This document shows, in pieces, positions 9,105-17,032 of a stretch of DNA of 64,000 nucleotides; within the stretch, counting starts at the first letter, position 1, and each line of letters opens with the position of its first letter. The notes beneath the pieces were generated by a model that saw nothing but the letters and a program-made list of their open reading frames with translations, was not told where the DNA came from and made no database searches. The stretch lies in IMG/VR virus record IMGVR_UViG_3300022743_000002, positions 1 to 64,000 of that record, one strand, 5' to 3'. The stretch is from a virus. Both the position numbers and the translations under genes were made by a program.

Positions 9105-12100
9105 CTATATATAGTTTCTATCGACAAAAAGACTGACCGGTATCGTAGAGTCAGTTGTAGTGAGGGAAAGGTTGCGGATATAAAACGGCACATACCCAGG
9201 CTTAATGAAGCCAACGTCAACCGTCTGTGCTCCAGAATAGGTGTAGCCGTATGTCGTTCCGGCCATTGAATCCTTCAGGTCAAGTGTCGTTGTGGTACCT
9301 GCCACAAGCACCACAGCATCGCACCCTGTCGGCAAGCCTGTGAACGTCACTGTGTTCACGTCAAGGGCGTAAGTTGCAGCCCGGTCGGTATTGTTGGCGT
9401 TCGTGTAGAAGAACAGGCTGGTGATGGCCGTCGTGTTGGCTGTGCTGGTCTGAATCTTGATCTTCAGCGGGAAGCCAATCGTCGGGTCAATCGCTGCCTC
9501 AGACGGTAGGCGTGCAAAGTTCAGCACACCAGACACAGCCCCGGTGTTGGCAATGCTCACCACAATTGTTGTGGCATTGGTGATGCTGACCACCTTGGCC
9601 ATAGGCGCAATACCAGTGCCGAAAACGTAATCATCGACGGCCACGCCGGTCGTTGAGGTCATCGTCACGTTGGTGGTCGAGATAGTTCCACCGCCACCCG
9701 CACGAGGATAGATCAAGTTCTTGAAGGTCGTTCCACCGTCAAGGCTGTAAGTAATGTCGTAATTGCCGACCGTACCGCCTGCCATCACTGGCAGAATGTT
9801 AGGGAACGTGCTGTGCCCACGAATGTTCTTGTCTGCCGTGAAGATGGCGTATTGGCCAACCGTAGGCATATAGAGTGAACCGGCAGACGTAAAGGCTGCA
9901 CCGCCAGACAAGACAACCTGATTGGAAGTATCAGAAGTCGCCTCGTTCATCTGAATGGCCACCCGGCCATTGATCGGCGTGAAGGTCAGTGTTCCGGTTG
10001 CACCGCCTGCGTTCAAGCAGGTGAACTGGAAGGTGTTTCCGGTGTTGACGGGCGTTGCCGAAGCCGTGATCTGGGTCAAGGTCTTGACGCCAAGCACTAC
10101 AGCCGCTGCATCACTGGTCACGGTCACAAGCACTTGGTCGCCCACTCGCAAGCCGTGGTTGTTGCTGGTCACGGTACAGATCGTTGTGGCCCGGCTCCAT
10201 GCGGCCGCTGCAATGGTTGCAGGCTGCGCCGTGGTGTAGTAATCCATGAAGTGCGTGCCGTACACAGAAGTCTGTGCAGTCAACGCAGGCGTGGCTTGCA
10301 TTTGCCGAACAAAGCAGTTCAGCATTGGGTTCAGTTGAAGGCCCCAATCAGTGCCCCAAACGTCTTCGATGTAGACGTTCTTGGACGAGTTGTCAGCCGC
10401 AACCAGCAAGCCGCCGCGCAGGTGCGGTGTGTAGCACCTCTGAATGTAAACGCCGTTGGCCGCCGCAGAAGCCCCGAAGTTCACCAAGGCGTTCGCCATC
10501 GTCGGGTAATACTGCAAGTTCTGGCCGGCCGTCTGCCCGGCGTTGGTCACGGTCACTGTGAAGGTGTCAGCCGTTGGCACTGTGGCCACCGTCCAGAGAG
10601 TTGCCGTCGTTGTGGTAAGGGCCTTGGGGGCCACGTCAGAGCACATGTTGACGGCAATCAGGTCGCCCACCTTCAGGTTGTGCGCCACCTTGGTCACAGT
10701 GGTTACGGTGGTAGCCCTGGTCCAAGTCGAATCAACAAGCGGGCCGCCCATGTCAAGTGGGGCTGCTGCCGTACCAAGGTTTCGCAACTTGATGTTCTGG
10801 CAGCCGGCAACGCCAACGTTCAGGATGCCGGAGTAGGGTTGCACCAAAGACAGGCCGCCCCATGACAGGCCATCGAACTTCATGTTGTAACTGGCCGCCG
10901 TTCCCATGTCCCACACGAACATCGGGATTGCTGTAGCCGTCGTCGAGGCGATGTTGTCGTAGTAGACCGTGTTGGTCCATGTCACGCCATTGCAGCCTGT
11001 GATGAAAATACGGCCGCCGCCAAGAACTGTATCCTCGAAGGTGCAGCCGATCAGCCGGGTCATAGTGGCTGTGCCCGCCGTGGCGTTGGCCGCCTTGGTA
11101 AGCGAGTGCGACTTCAGGTTCGTGACTGTGAAGCCTGTGCAGTCTGCCCAACTCTCAACGTAAGTTCCTGCTGCTGCCTGAGCAATCCGGCTCATGGTGC
11201 AGTTGCGTATGGTGCCGCCCGCGAACATCAAATTCATGTTCAAGGCGATCTGAGTATTGGCCGTTCCGGTTTGCCCAACACCAACGTCCCACAAGGTCAT
11301 TGGGGATGCAACTTCAGAGATGGTCAGCGACTCGAACGTGGACACATACTTGCAGCTGACCGAATAGGCCTGTGCAAAACTCATGTACCAGGCGCAAGAC
11401 ACCTTGTTCATCACTACTGCGCCGCCGCCGGTCGTGGTGAAGTCGTAGCGGGTGGCCAAGGTGGCATTGGGCAGTGCGTTGGCCGTGCGGGCCGCCGTTG
11501 TGCAGCTTTGCAAGAAGACGTTGGGCACACGCAACTTTCGCCCGGCCGGCACAACGTAGCCGCCAGTGGAGTTGGTGCCGTCTGAGCCAAACGTGACAAG
11601 CCCCGCCGTTGAAATCCAGCACCACTTTCCGCGTATCGCGTCAGTCGCTATGTTGGCCAATAGTGCCGGGCGTGAACCTGCATTGGGGTAGAACTCATAT
11701 ACCGTTGCCGAGCCGCCTGAAGTCCAAGCACCTGGGTCAGCCGCCACAACCGTGAAGGTATCTGCTGTCTTGGCCGTGATGGTCAAGTCCGTGATGTTGT
11801 AACCCGAGGGCGCAGCACCTGTAATCGTTACGTCTTGGCCTATGCTAAAGCCATGCCCGGCGGCCGTGAATGTGATGTTGCCACCTGACGCCACAGCACC
11901 TGTAATGGTTGCCGCAGCAGACTGCACCCACACACCCGCCACGTAGGTCAGCGAGCCGTTTGTGGGAAGCTGGTAAGTCGAGGTGCGAGTACCGGTCGTC
12001 GTGACTCCAAGGAAGTCGTACCAAGTCCCGAGTGCAGAGAACGTACCAAGTCGGTTGCCGTTGATGGTGGAGGCTTCGTCGCCAACAATTTCAAGCCATC

Positions 12101-12572
12101 CGGGTGAATCAGCACCGGAAATGGTGAATGTGTAGCCAGCCTGTGTGAAGCTGCCGGACGTTGGGAAAGCTACGCCGTTCCAGGCTGCCACCTTGATGTA
12201 GCCCGTGGCTACGCCGGTCAAAACTGGGGCAGCCGTCACAGCAGAATACAAGCCCACCACGTAGCCTGTGGCCGAGCCGCAAGTAATCAAGGTGCCGGCC
12301 GTGATCGTTCCCGAGCCGGTGTTGAAGGGAATCAGCCGTGAATACCGCCCGTCAATCGTGACGTTGCCGCCCTTGGAGGCGTTGATGGTGATGTTGCCGA
12401 GCGACGTGGAAGTCGTGCCAGACAAGCCATAGCGGGTGTCTTGGTCAAGTGTTAAATTGAAGCCATTGGTGTCAATGGTGTCGCCGCCTGCACGCGCAGT
12501 CGCAACGCCCCAGATAGCGGCGTTACCAACATCGCGGAGCGTGGCATTTCCAGTGAGGACGTAGGCAACCAT
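9105..12572 (-). CDS. Large putative fibre/adhesin with three FCCH-like H-G/N-x-x-x-G repeats and a beta-helix-like centre
   Basis: 1155 aa, Thr/Ala/Gly-rich; repeats AGHGFSIGQDV, AHNLKVGDLI, NHGLRVGDQV. Confidence 0.7.
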   Translation of the reverse strand: MVAYVLTGNATLRDVGNAAIWGVATARAGGDTIDTNGFNLTLDQDTRYGLSGTTSTSLGNITINASKGGNVTIDGRYSRLIPFNTGSGTITAGTLITCGSATGYVVGLYSAVTAAPVLTGVATGYIKVAAWNGVAFPTSGSFTQAGYTFTISGADSPGWLEIVGDEASTINGNRLGTFSALGTWYDFLGVTTTGTRTSTYQLPTNGSLTYVAGVWVQSAAATITGAVASGGNITFTAAGHGFSIGQDVTITGAAPSGYNITDLTITAKTADTFTVVAADPGAWTSGGSATVYEFYPNAGSRPALLANIATDAIRGKWCWISTAGLVTFGSDGTNSTGGYVVPAGRKLRVPNVFLQSCTTAARTANALPNATLATRYDFTTTGGGAVVMNKVSCAWYMSFAQAYSVSCKYVSTFESLTISEVASPMTLWDVGVGQTGTANTQIALNMNLMFAGGTIRNCTMSRIAQAAAGTYVESWADCTGFTVTNLKSHSLTKAANATAGTATMTRLIGCTFEDTVLGGGRIFITGCNGVTWTNTVYYDNIASTTATAIPMFVWDMGTAASYNMKFDGLSWGGLSLVQPYSGILNVGVAGCQNIKLRNLGTAAAPLDMGGPLVDSTWTRATTVTTVTKVAHNLKVGDLIAVNMCSDVAPKALTTTTATLWTVATVPTADTFTVTVTNAGQTAGQNLQYYPTMANALVNFGASAAANGVYIQRCYTPHLRGGLLVAADNSSKNVYIEDVWGTDWGLQLNPMLNCFVRQMQATPALTAQTSVYGTHFMDYYTTAQPATIAAAAWSRATTICTVTSNNHGLRVGDQVLVTVTSDAAAVVLGVKTLTQITASATPVNTGNTFQFTCLNAGGATGTLTFTPINGRVAIQMNEATSDTSNQVVLSGGAAFTSAGSLYMPTVGQYAIFTADKNIRGHSTFPNILPVMAGGTVGNYDITYSLDGGTTFKNLIYPRAGGGGTISTTNVTMTSTTGVAVDDYVFGTGIAPMAKVVSITNATTIVVSIANTGAVSGVLNFARLPSEAAIDPTIGFPLKIKIQTSTANTTAITSLFFYTNANNTDRAATYALDVNTVTFTGLPTGCDAVVLVAGTTTTLDLKDSMAGTTYGYTYSGAQTVDVGFIKPGYVPFYIRNLSLTTTDSTIPVSLFVDRNYI

Positions 12573-12746
12573 TTATAAATACGAAAGTTTCGGGAAGTTG
12601 GCGTCACTGAACACCATGGCTTCTAGGGTGATGGCGTCGGGCGAAATCAACCCTGCGTCAGAAAGCGACTGCGCCATGGTGCTCCAGCTCATGTCGAAAA
12701 TCCATGCCTTGATGTTGCCGAGCTGCAGGCCAGGAATTACAACCAT
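12573..12746 (-). CDS. 57 aa hypothetical protein (not in the ORF track)
   Basis: GAGG RBS, MVVIPGLQLGNIKAWIFD...KLSYL*; stop abuts the ATG of the 1155 aa gene. Confidence 0.6.
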   Translation of the reverse strand: MVVIPGLQLGNIKAWIFDMSWSTMAQSLSDAGLISPDAITLEAMVFSDANFPKLSYL

Positions 12747-12785
12747 GACCTCATGGGCCGGCTTTTATTTGCAAGAAGGTACAGG

Positions 12786-13016
12786 TCAGAGCTTACTTGG
12801 CGCCACCAGCGTGTAGGTCGCCACGTTGGTCGTTCCGGCGGCGGCGGCGATGGCCGCGGAGGATACGCCAGCCGCCCCAATGGCGTCCAGCTTAGCCAGG
12901 ATGGCGTTCTGGTTGGTGATGATCGACTCCAGCATGTCGCCCAGTTTGGCGTTTGACGCAGCTGGCGTCGTGCGGTTCAGGTCATTCTTCAGATTTCCGG
13001 TGCCTTTGATGGACAT
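12786..13016 (-). CDS. Small virion (head decoration-like) protein
   Basis: 76 aa, Ala-rich, downstream of the capsid gene. Confidence 0.6.
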   Translation of the reverse strand: MSIKGTGNLKNDLNRTTPAASNAKLGDMLESIITNQNAILAKLDAIGAAGVSSAAIAAAAGTTNVATYTLVAPSKL

Positions 13017-13052
13017 AATTCAATCTTTCAAAATTGGGCAGTGCCCGGTTTA

Positions 13053-13388
13053 TTACTCGGCAGCTTTGGCTGCGGCGTCAGCCGCGACCTTTTCGGCGCC
13101 ATCAACCTCGGCCTTCAGGCGATCCAGGCTCCAATTCGCCTTCACCTTGAAGTCAATTTTGGCTGCGCGCTCCAGCAGAGCAGACTTCTCAGCATCGGCT
13201 GCGGCGGCCTTGGCGGCAGCCTCCTCGGGACTCACGGCGCCAACCAATTCGTATCCTGGAATAGACGCGAAGTCATTAGCAACGGCGTCGGTGATTTCTT
13301 CGGAAACCATACCCTTGGCGTGACTGACAAACGAAACGCCATTGATTTCTTCGCTGGCGTTGGGGAGGGTGCAAATAACCTTTGCCAT
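13053..13388 (-). CDS. Hypothetical protein with C-terminal HeH-like helix pair
   Basis: 111 aa after capsid; LLERAAKIDFKVKANWSLDRLK. Confidence 0.65.
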   Translation of the reverse strand: MAKVICTLPNASEEINGVSFVSHAKGMVSEEITDAVANDFASIPGYELVGAVSPEEAAAKAAAADAEKSALLERAAKIDFKVKANWSLDRLKAEVDGAEKVAADAAAKAAE

Positions 13389-13406
13389 GATTTTTCCTTG
13401 ATTGTT

Positions 13407-13434
13407 AAAAAGGGCACCCCGGAAGATGCCCCTT
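13407..13434 (-). terminator. Terminator after major capsid gene
   Basis: GGGCATC-TTCCGG-GGTGCCC followed by T5. Confidence 0.75.
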
Positions 13435-13447
13435 GCAGGTCAATTGA

Positions 13448-14899
13448 TTACTTCGGGAGCCACTTTGCGCCGTTGGGCAAAATGTTCTTGATCACGGCAT
13501 GATGGCGACGCTTGGTGATACGCAGGTAGCCGAACATCAGCTGAGCCCAGGGAATGACGGCCGCGTTGGTTGGGTACAACGGGAACTTCATCATGGGCAG
13601 CAGCTGGCGCCAGTTAATGGCATGGTCACCTGCGCTCATGTTGAGAACGTAGGCCTTGGTGGTGCCAGGAATGTCTCGGTTGTAGTCAGTGTAGGTCGTC
13701 GTTGCGCCCGCACACGCCACACGAGCCACCAGGCGGAAGTCGTTAGCGGCGTTGGTGCCGTTCATGCGGCTGCGATAAATGGCGTAGCCGGTCTCAGAGG
13801 CACCACCGGAGCGGGTGATGGTCAGCGTAACCTTCTTTCCGGCGGCCACGGCAGTCTGCGCGGTGATACGGCCGTCAGACTGGCCGTTGGCGTTCAAGCC
13901 GGTCACCAGGTAGTAGTAGTTACCGGCCCATGCCGCGCTGAAAGAAGAACTGGCGTCACTGACAGACGCATCGATGGCCAGGGTAGGCTTCATCGCGGTG
14001 TTGGCGGTAGCCAAAGCGGAATAGGTCACCTCAAACGGCACAGTCTGGTCGCCGTCGTTGATGAACACGTCATTGACGGTCTTCACGTCACCCCAAGAGG
14101 TGCGGATACCGACCACCGGCGAGCCCAGAGAAATGCCGCCGTTGGGGACGTTGTTCAGGCTCACGCGGAACGCTGGATCCAGACCCGTATCAAAGTCAGC
14201 CTGTGTGAGCTGGCTCATGAAAATGTGAGTAGGAGTCCCGAAGTTGTCGCGACGACTCACCTGGGCGGCGGCGGCGTTCACCATGTTGATAGATGCCAGA
14301 GACTGACCAGCGGCGTCCAGAATGTTGCCGGTGTCGACCTGGCCGGCAAGGATGCCTGCAGCGATCTGGGCATAGATGCCGTCGAACTCGGTAGGCACTA
14401 CAGCGCTGTCACCTTCAAAGGAAAGGTACTCAGCATCGGTCAGCAGCTGCTTGGCGCCAGCCTGCTGCTCAATCGCTTCCGAGCTGGCGAGGTTTTGCCC
14501 AAGAGTGGACACCAGAGAAACCTGACGCTTGGTCATCAGGTACTTCACCAGGCCGACGCGGCGAGCGTAGGAGCCGGTGGACTCATTGATGATACCAGTC
14601 TCGGTGTTAGTCGAGCCACCCAGGAATCCGCCGACGCCGGACTGTTCGGTCCATTCGTCAACTGTTGCTCCGGCGCCAGTCTTGGCCAGTTCGTTGAACA
14701 GGCGGAAATGCTTGTTTTCCTGGATGGTGGCCTGCATGGTCTTATCCAGGGACTGGATGCGCAACGCAGAACCGCCAGCGAAGCCAGACACGTCAGTGCC
14801 ATAACCGGCAGTCAAAGCCTTCTGCAAATCAGCCAGGACGTTTTCACCAACTTCGCCAGTCGTCGAACGGCCAGCTGCGATATCGGGAAGATTGATCAT
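13448..14899 (-). CDS. Major capsid protein (SPO1/Twort/A511-like)
   Basis: 483 aa; K|ALTAGYG..GGSALRIQSLD N-terminus and PTEFDGI resemble this capsid family. Confidence 0.9.
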   Translation of the reverse strand: MINLPDIAAGRSTTGEVGENVLADLQKALTAGYGTDVSGFAGGSALRIQSLDKTMQATIQENKHFRLFNELAKTGAGATVDEWTEQSGVGGFLGGSTNTETGIINESTGSYARRVGLVKYLMTKRQVSLVSTLGQNLASSEAIEQQAGAKQLLTDAEYLSFEGDSAVVPTEFDGIYAQIAAGILAGQVDTGNILDAAGQSLASINMVNAAAAQVSRRDNFGTPTHIFMSQLTQADFDTGLDPAFRVSLNNVPNGGISLGSPVVGIRTSWGDVKTVNDVFINDGDQTVPFEVTYSALATANTAMKPTLAIDASVSDASSSFSAAWAGNYYYLVTGLNANGQSDGRITAQTAVAAGKKVTLTITRSGGASETGYAIYRSRMNGTNAANDFRLVARVACAGATTTYTDYNRDIPGTTKAYVLNMSAGDHAINWRQLLPMMKFPLYPTNAAVIPWAQLMFGYLRITKRRHHAVIKNILPNGAKWLPK

Positions 14900-14928
14900 T
14901 TTGAAATTACCTCGTTGAAAATTTTGGA

Positions 14929-15549
14929 TTACTGCATGACGCGGGCGACGATGCTCTGGGGAATGGCTTCACCGCGGTTCAAGCAGCTTTCAGCCACGGC
15001 AATGTCTGTACCGGACAGGCGTCCTTCTTTCTGCGCGGCCAAAGCCTTCGCAAAAAACACATCGTGGCTCACGCCTGCCGGATCCGACTTCGCCATGGTG
15101 CCGGCACCAGGCTCCGGTTTCTCGACCACGGACACGACGGCTTTGCGGCCGCGGCCTTCTCCGGACAGCTTCTTGACGCTGTCGCTGAGCGACTTGATCA
15201 TCTCAGCCTGGCCTTTGATCAAGTCAATCGCGGATGCCATAGCCTTAGCCATGGTAGCCTCGCCCTTCTCGACCCGATCCTGCAGCGACTTCACCAAATC
15301 GGTGCCGTCCTGAGCTTCAACTTCCGTGCCGTCGTCAAGCGTAAACTTGAACGACTTTGCCATGGGCTTGTCGTCGCCGTCGTCGTCGCCGACAACATCA
15401 TCTGCATCACCATCCGAGCCGCCTTCCGCAGCGGCAGCTTGGATTTTTGATTCATCCTTACCGTCATCCGCCGGGAGCGCCTTGGTCATTGTTTCCTGAT
15501 CCGCACTGAGCTGACCCAGCTCAGCCATCAGCTTTTCAAATTGACTCAT
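14929..15549 (-). CDS. Putative scaffold protein
   Basis: 206 aa, acidic and helical, between protease and capsid; at least seven hydrophobic-x-K|S/A motifs (MTKA, MAKS, LVKS, MAKA, MIKS, MAKS, FAKA). Confidence 0.75.
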   Translation of the reverse strand: MSQFEKLMAELGQLSADQETMTKALPADDGKDESKIQAAAAEGGSDGDADDVVGDDDGDDKPMAKSFKFTLDDGTEVEAQDGTDLVKSLQDRVEKGEATMAKAMASAIDLIKGQAEMIKSLSDSVKKLSGEGRGRKAVVSVVEKPEPGAGTMAKSDPAGVSHDVFFAKALAAQKEGRLSGTDIAVAESCLNRGEAIPQSIVARVMQ

Positions 15550-16457
15550 GACTTACTCCGTTTGTTGAGACCATTTTTCAAATCGCGCATGAAGCGCTCC
15601 ACCCACTCAGCAGCCCTATCTGGCGCCATACTGAATTGCTTGGCGGCTTGCTCGACGAGCTCGCGGGCGCCAGGGTTCTTGCCAATGCCGCCGGTGCGCA
15701 TGCGCTCCGCCAGCTTGTTCCTAAAATCAAAATAGCTATGAATTGCGCCATCCAATGACTGCACGCGCATAGCCGAGCCGCCGGCAAGGGCGGCTGAATC
15801 TGTTCCGTATCCAGCTTCGAGTGCCTTTGCGAAGTCGAGGCCATCCGCCGACCAGGACTTCGCGAACGCGCCAAGGGGGATAGTTGCGCAGGTTCCAACG
15901 TGCTGATTTACCGGCGTTTTGGAAACGCCTATATTGTTCCAGCGGACCTTGCTCACGATCGCCTTGCGCATGCCGGTCTTAGCGTCGGCGACGACGGACT
16001 TTGCCAGGACGCTGCCGCCCACCGATGGATACCAGCGCTGGGGCGGGCTCACGTCAGTGATGGAAGACCAGAAGTCATTGGCGCGCTCAGCAGCCGGGCC
16101 GACGCCAGAATAAATCTCGGCCTTGACGAACGTCGTGCCACCTTTCTGGCGCACATCCAGCGGCCGACCGATTTCATACAGTTCGCAACCAGGTATGCCG
16201 GGCCTGCCTTGGGCTGCGTTTGGCTTACCAATCAGCGTGTAGTGATCAATGTCGATATTGCCGTAGCGTTTGAAATACTCCGCACTCTCAGCCAAGGCCT
16301 TCGCAGCGATCACCTCGTCCTGCTGATCAACCCCCTCGTTGCTGGCCTCAAAATAGACGATGCGTTGCCCGCCATCCATTTGGGGCGTTGCTTTGAGCAT
16401 CGAGCCGATACTCAGGAATTCAGGGATGCCAGCAAGGAGCTGATCGTCAGTTCTCAT
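15546..16457 (-). CDS. Prohead protease
   Basis: 303 aa; ASNEGVDQQDE, GNIDIDH, SVGG and TPVN motifs. Confidence 0.85.
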   Translation of the reverse strand: MRTDDQLLAGIPEFLSIGSMLKATPQMDGGQRIVYFEASNEGVDQQDEVIAAKALAESAEYFKRYGNIDIDHYTLIGKPNAAQGRPGIPGCELYEIGRPLDVRQKGGTTFVKAEIYSGVGPAAERANDFWSSITDVSPPQRWYPSVGGSVLAKSVVADAKTGMRKAIVSKVRWNNIGVSKTPVNQHVGTCATIPLGAFAKSWSADGLDFAKALEAGYGTDSAALAGGSAMRVQSLDGAIHSYFDFRNKLAERMRTGGIGKNPGARELVEQAAKQFSMAPDRAAEWVERFMRDLKNGLNKRSKS

Positions 16458-16463
16458 GCCGCA

Positions 16464-16479
16464 ATGATTGCGTCACGAC
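16464..16479 (-). promoter_or_regulatory. Late-promoter motif for protease-scaffold-capsid operon
   Basis: GTCGTGAC-GC-AATCAT-N6-ATG. Confidence 0.8.
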
Positions 16480-16504
16480 TTTATTGGCGCGGCAAAGCAA
16501 CAAC

Positions 16505-16527
16505 AAAAAAGGCCGCATAAAGCGACC
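16505..16527 (-). terminator. Terminator
   Basis: GGTCGC-TTTAT-GCGGCC followed by T6. Confidence 0.65.
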
Positions 16528-16549
16528 CTAACGCAATGAATTTACCTGC

Positions 16550-16807
16550 CTACGAGGCCAGCACAGCGTGGGCCTGCGCAATCACTTGCTCCAGCCGGCC
16601 ACGCTCCTCCACCAGGTGGGTGTACCGATCCTTGGCCGCATCATCGCCGTGCATGGCATCGGCGCGCGCCTTCTCTAGCTTTCCCTCGACGTCGGAAAGC
16701 ATATCAATTGAGCGATGCAAAATCTTTCGCTCCATCGCGTCAGTCTGAGCCGACATAGCGCCGAGCTCACCGAGTTGTCGGCGAGTGTTTCCAAGAATGG
16801 TGTTCAC
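16550..16807 (-). CDS. Hypothetical coiled-coil protein
   Basis: GTG start overlapping the upstream stop (GTGA); helical. Confidence 0.6.
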   Translation of the reverse strand: MNTILGNTRRQLGELGAMSAQTDAMERKILHRSIDMLSDVEGKLEKARADAMHGDDAAKDRYTHLVEERGRLEQVIAQAHAVLAS

Positions 16808-17019
16808 TTCCTGACCTCCGCAAGGCACTGCGAACGCAGATACGCACGCTTGATTGAGTAGCACTGGCCGGTATCGCTCCTGGCTCTGGCTAGGCAGTGC
16901 GTCCGGGCATCGCCGTCGTTGACGCTGTAGCAGGCAACGGCATCCACCTCAGCGATTGCCGCGGCTGGCGTGACTAGAAGTGCGGTGGCGTAGGCCAGAG
17001 AAAGAGCTGCGTATTTCAT
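16804..17019 (-). CDS. Small secreted Cys-containing protein
   Basis: Signal peptide, then two CYS...R..CLA repeats. Confidence 0.7.
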   Translation of the reverse strand: MKYAALSLAYATALLVTPAAAIAEVDAVACYSVNDGDARTHCLARARSDTGQCYSIKRAYLRSQCLAEVRK

Positions 17020-17032
17020 GGCTCAATAATAC

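Noticed and set aside
13499-15313. Long plus-strand ORFs antisense to late genes (also 2305-3261, 18731-20500, 41462-42760)
   Set aside because: Shadow ORFs expected from GC-rich codon bias; no motifs or RBS
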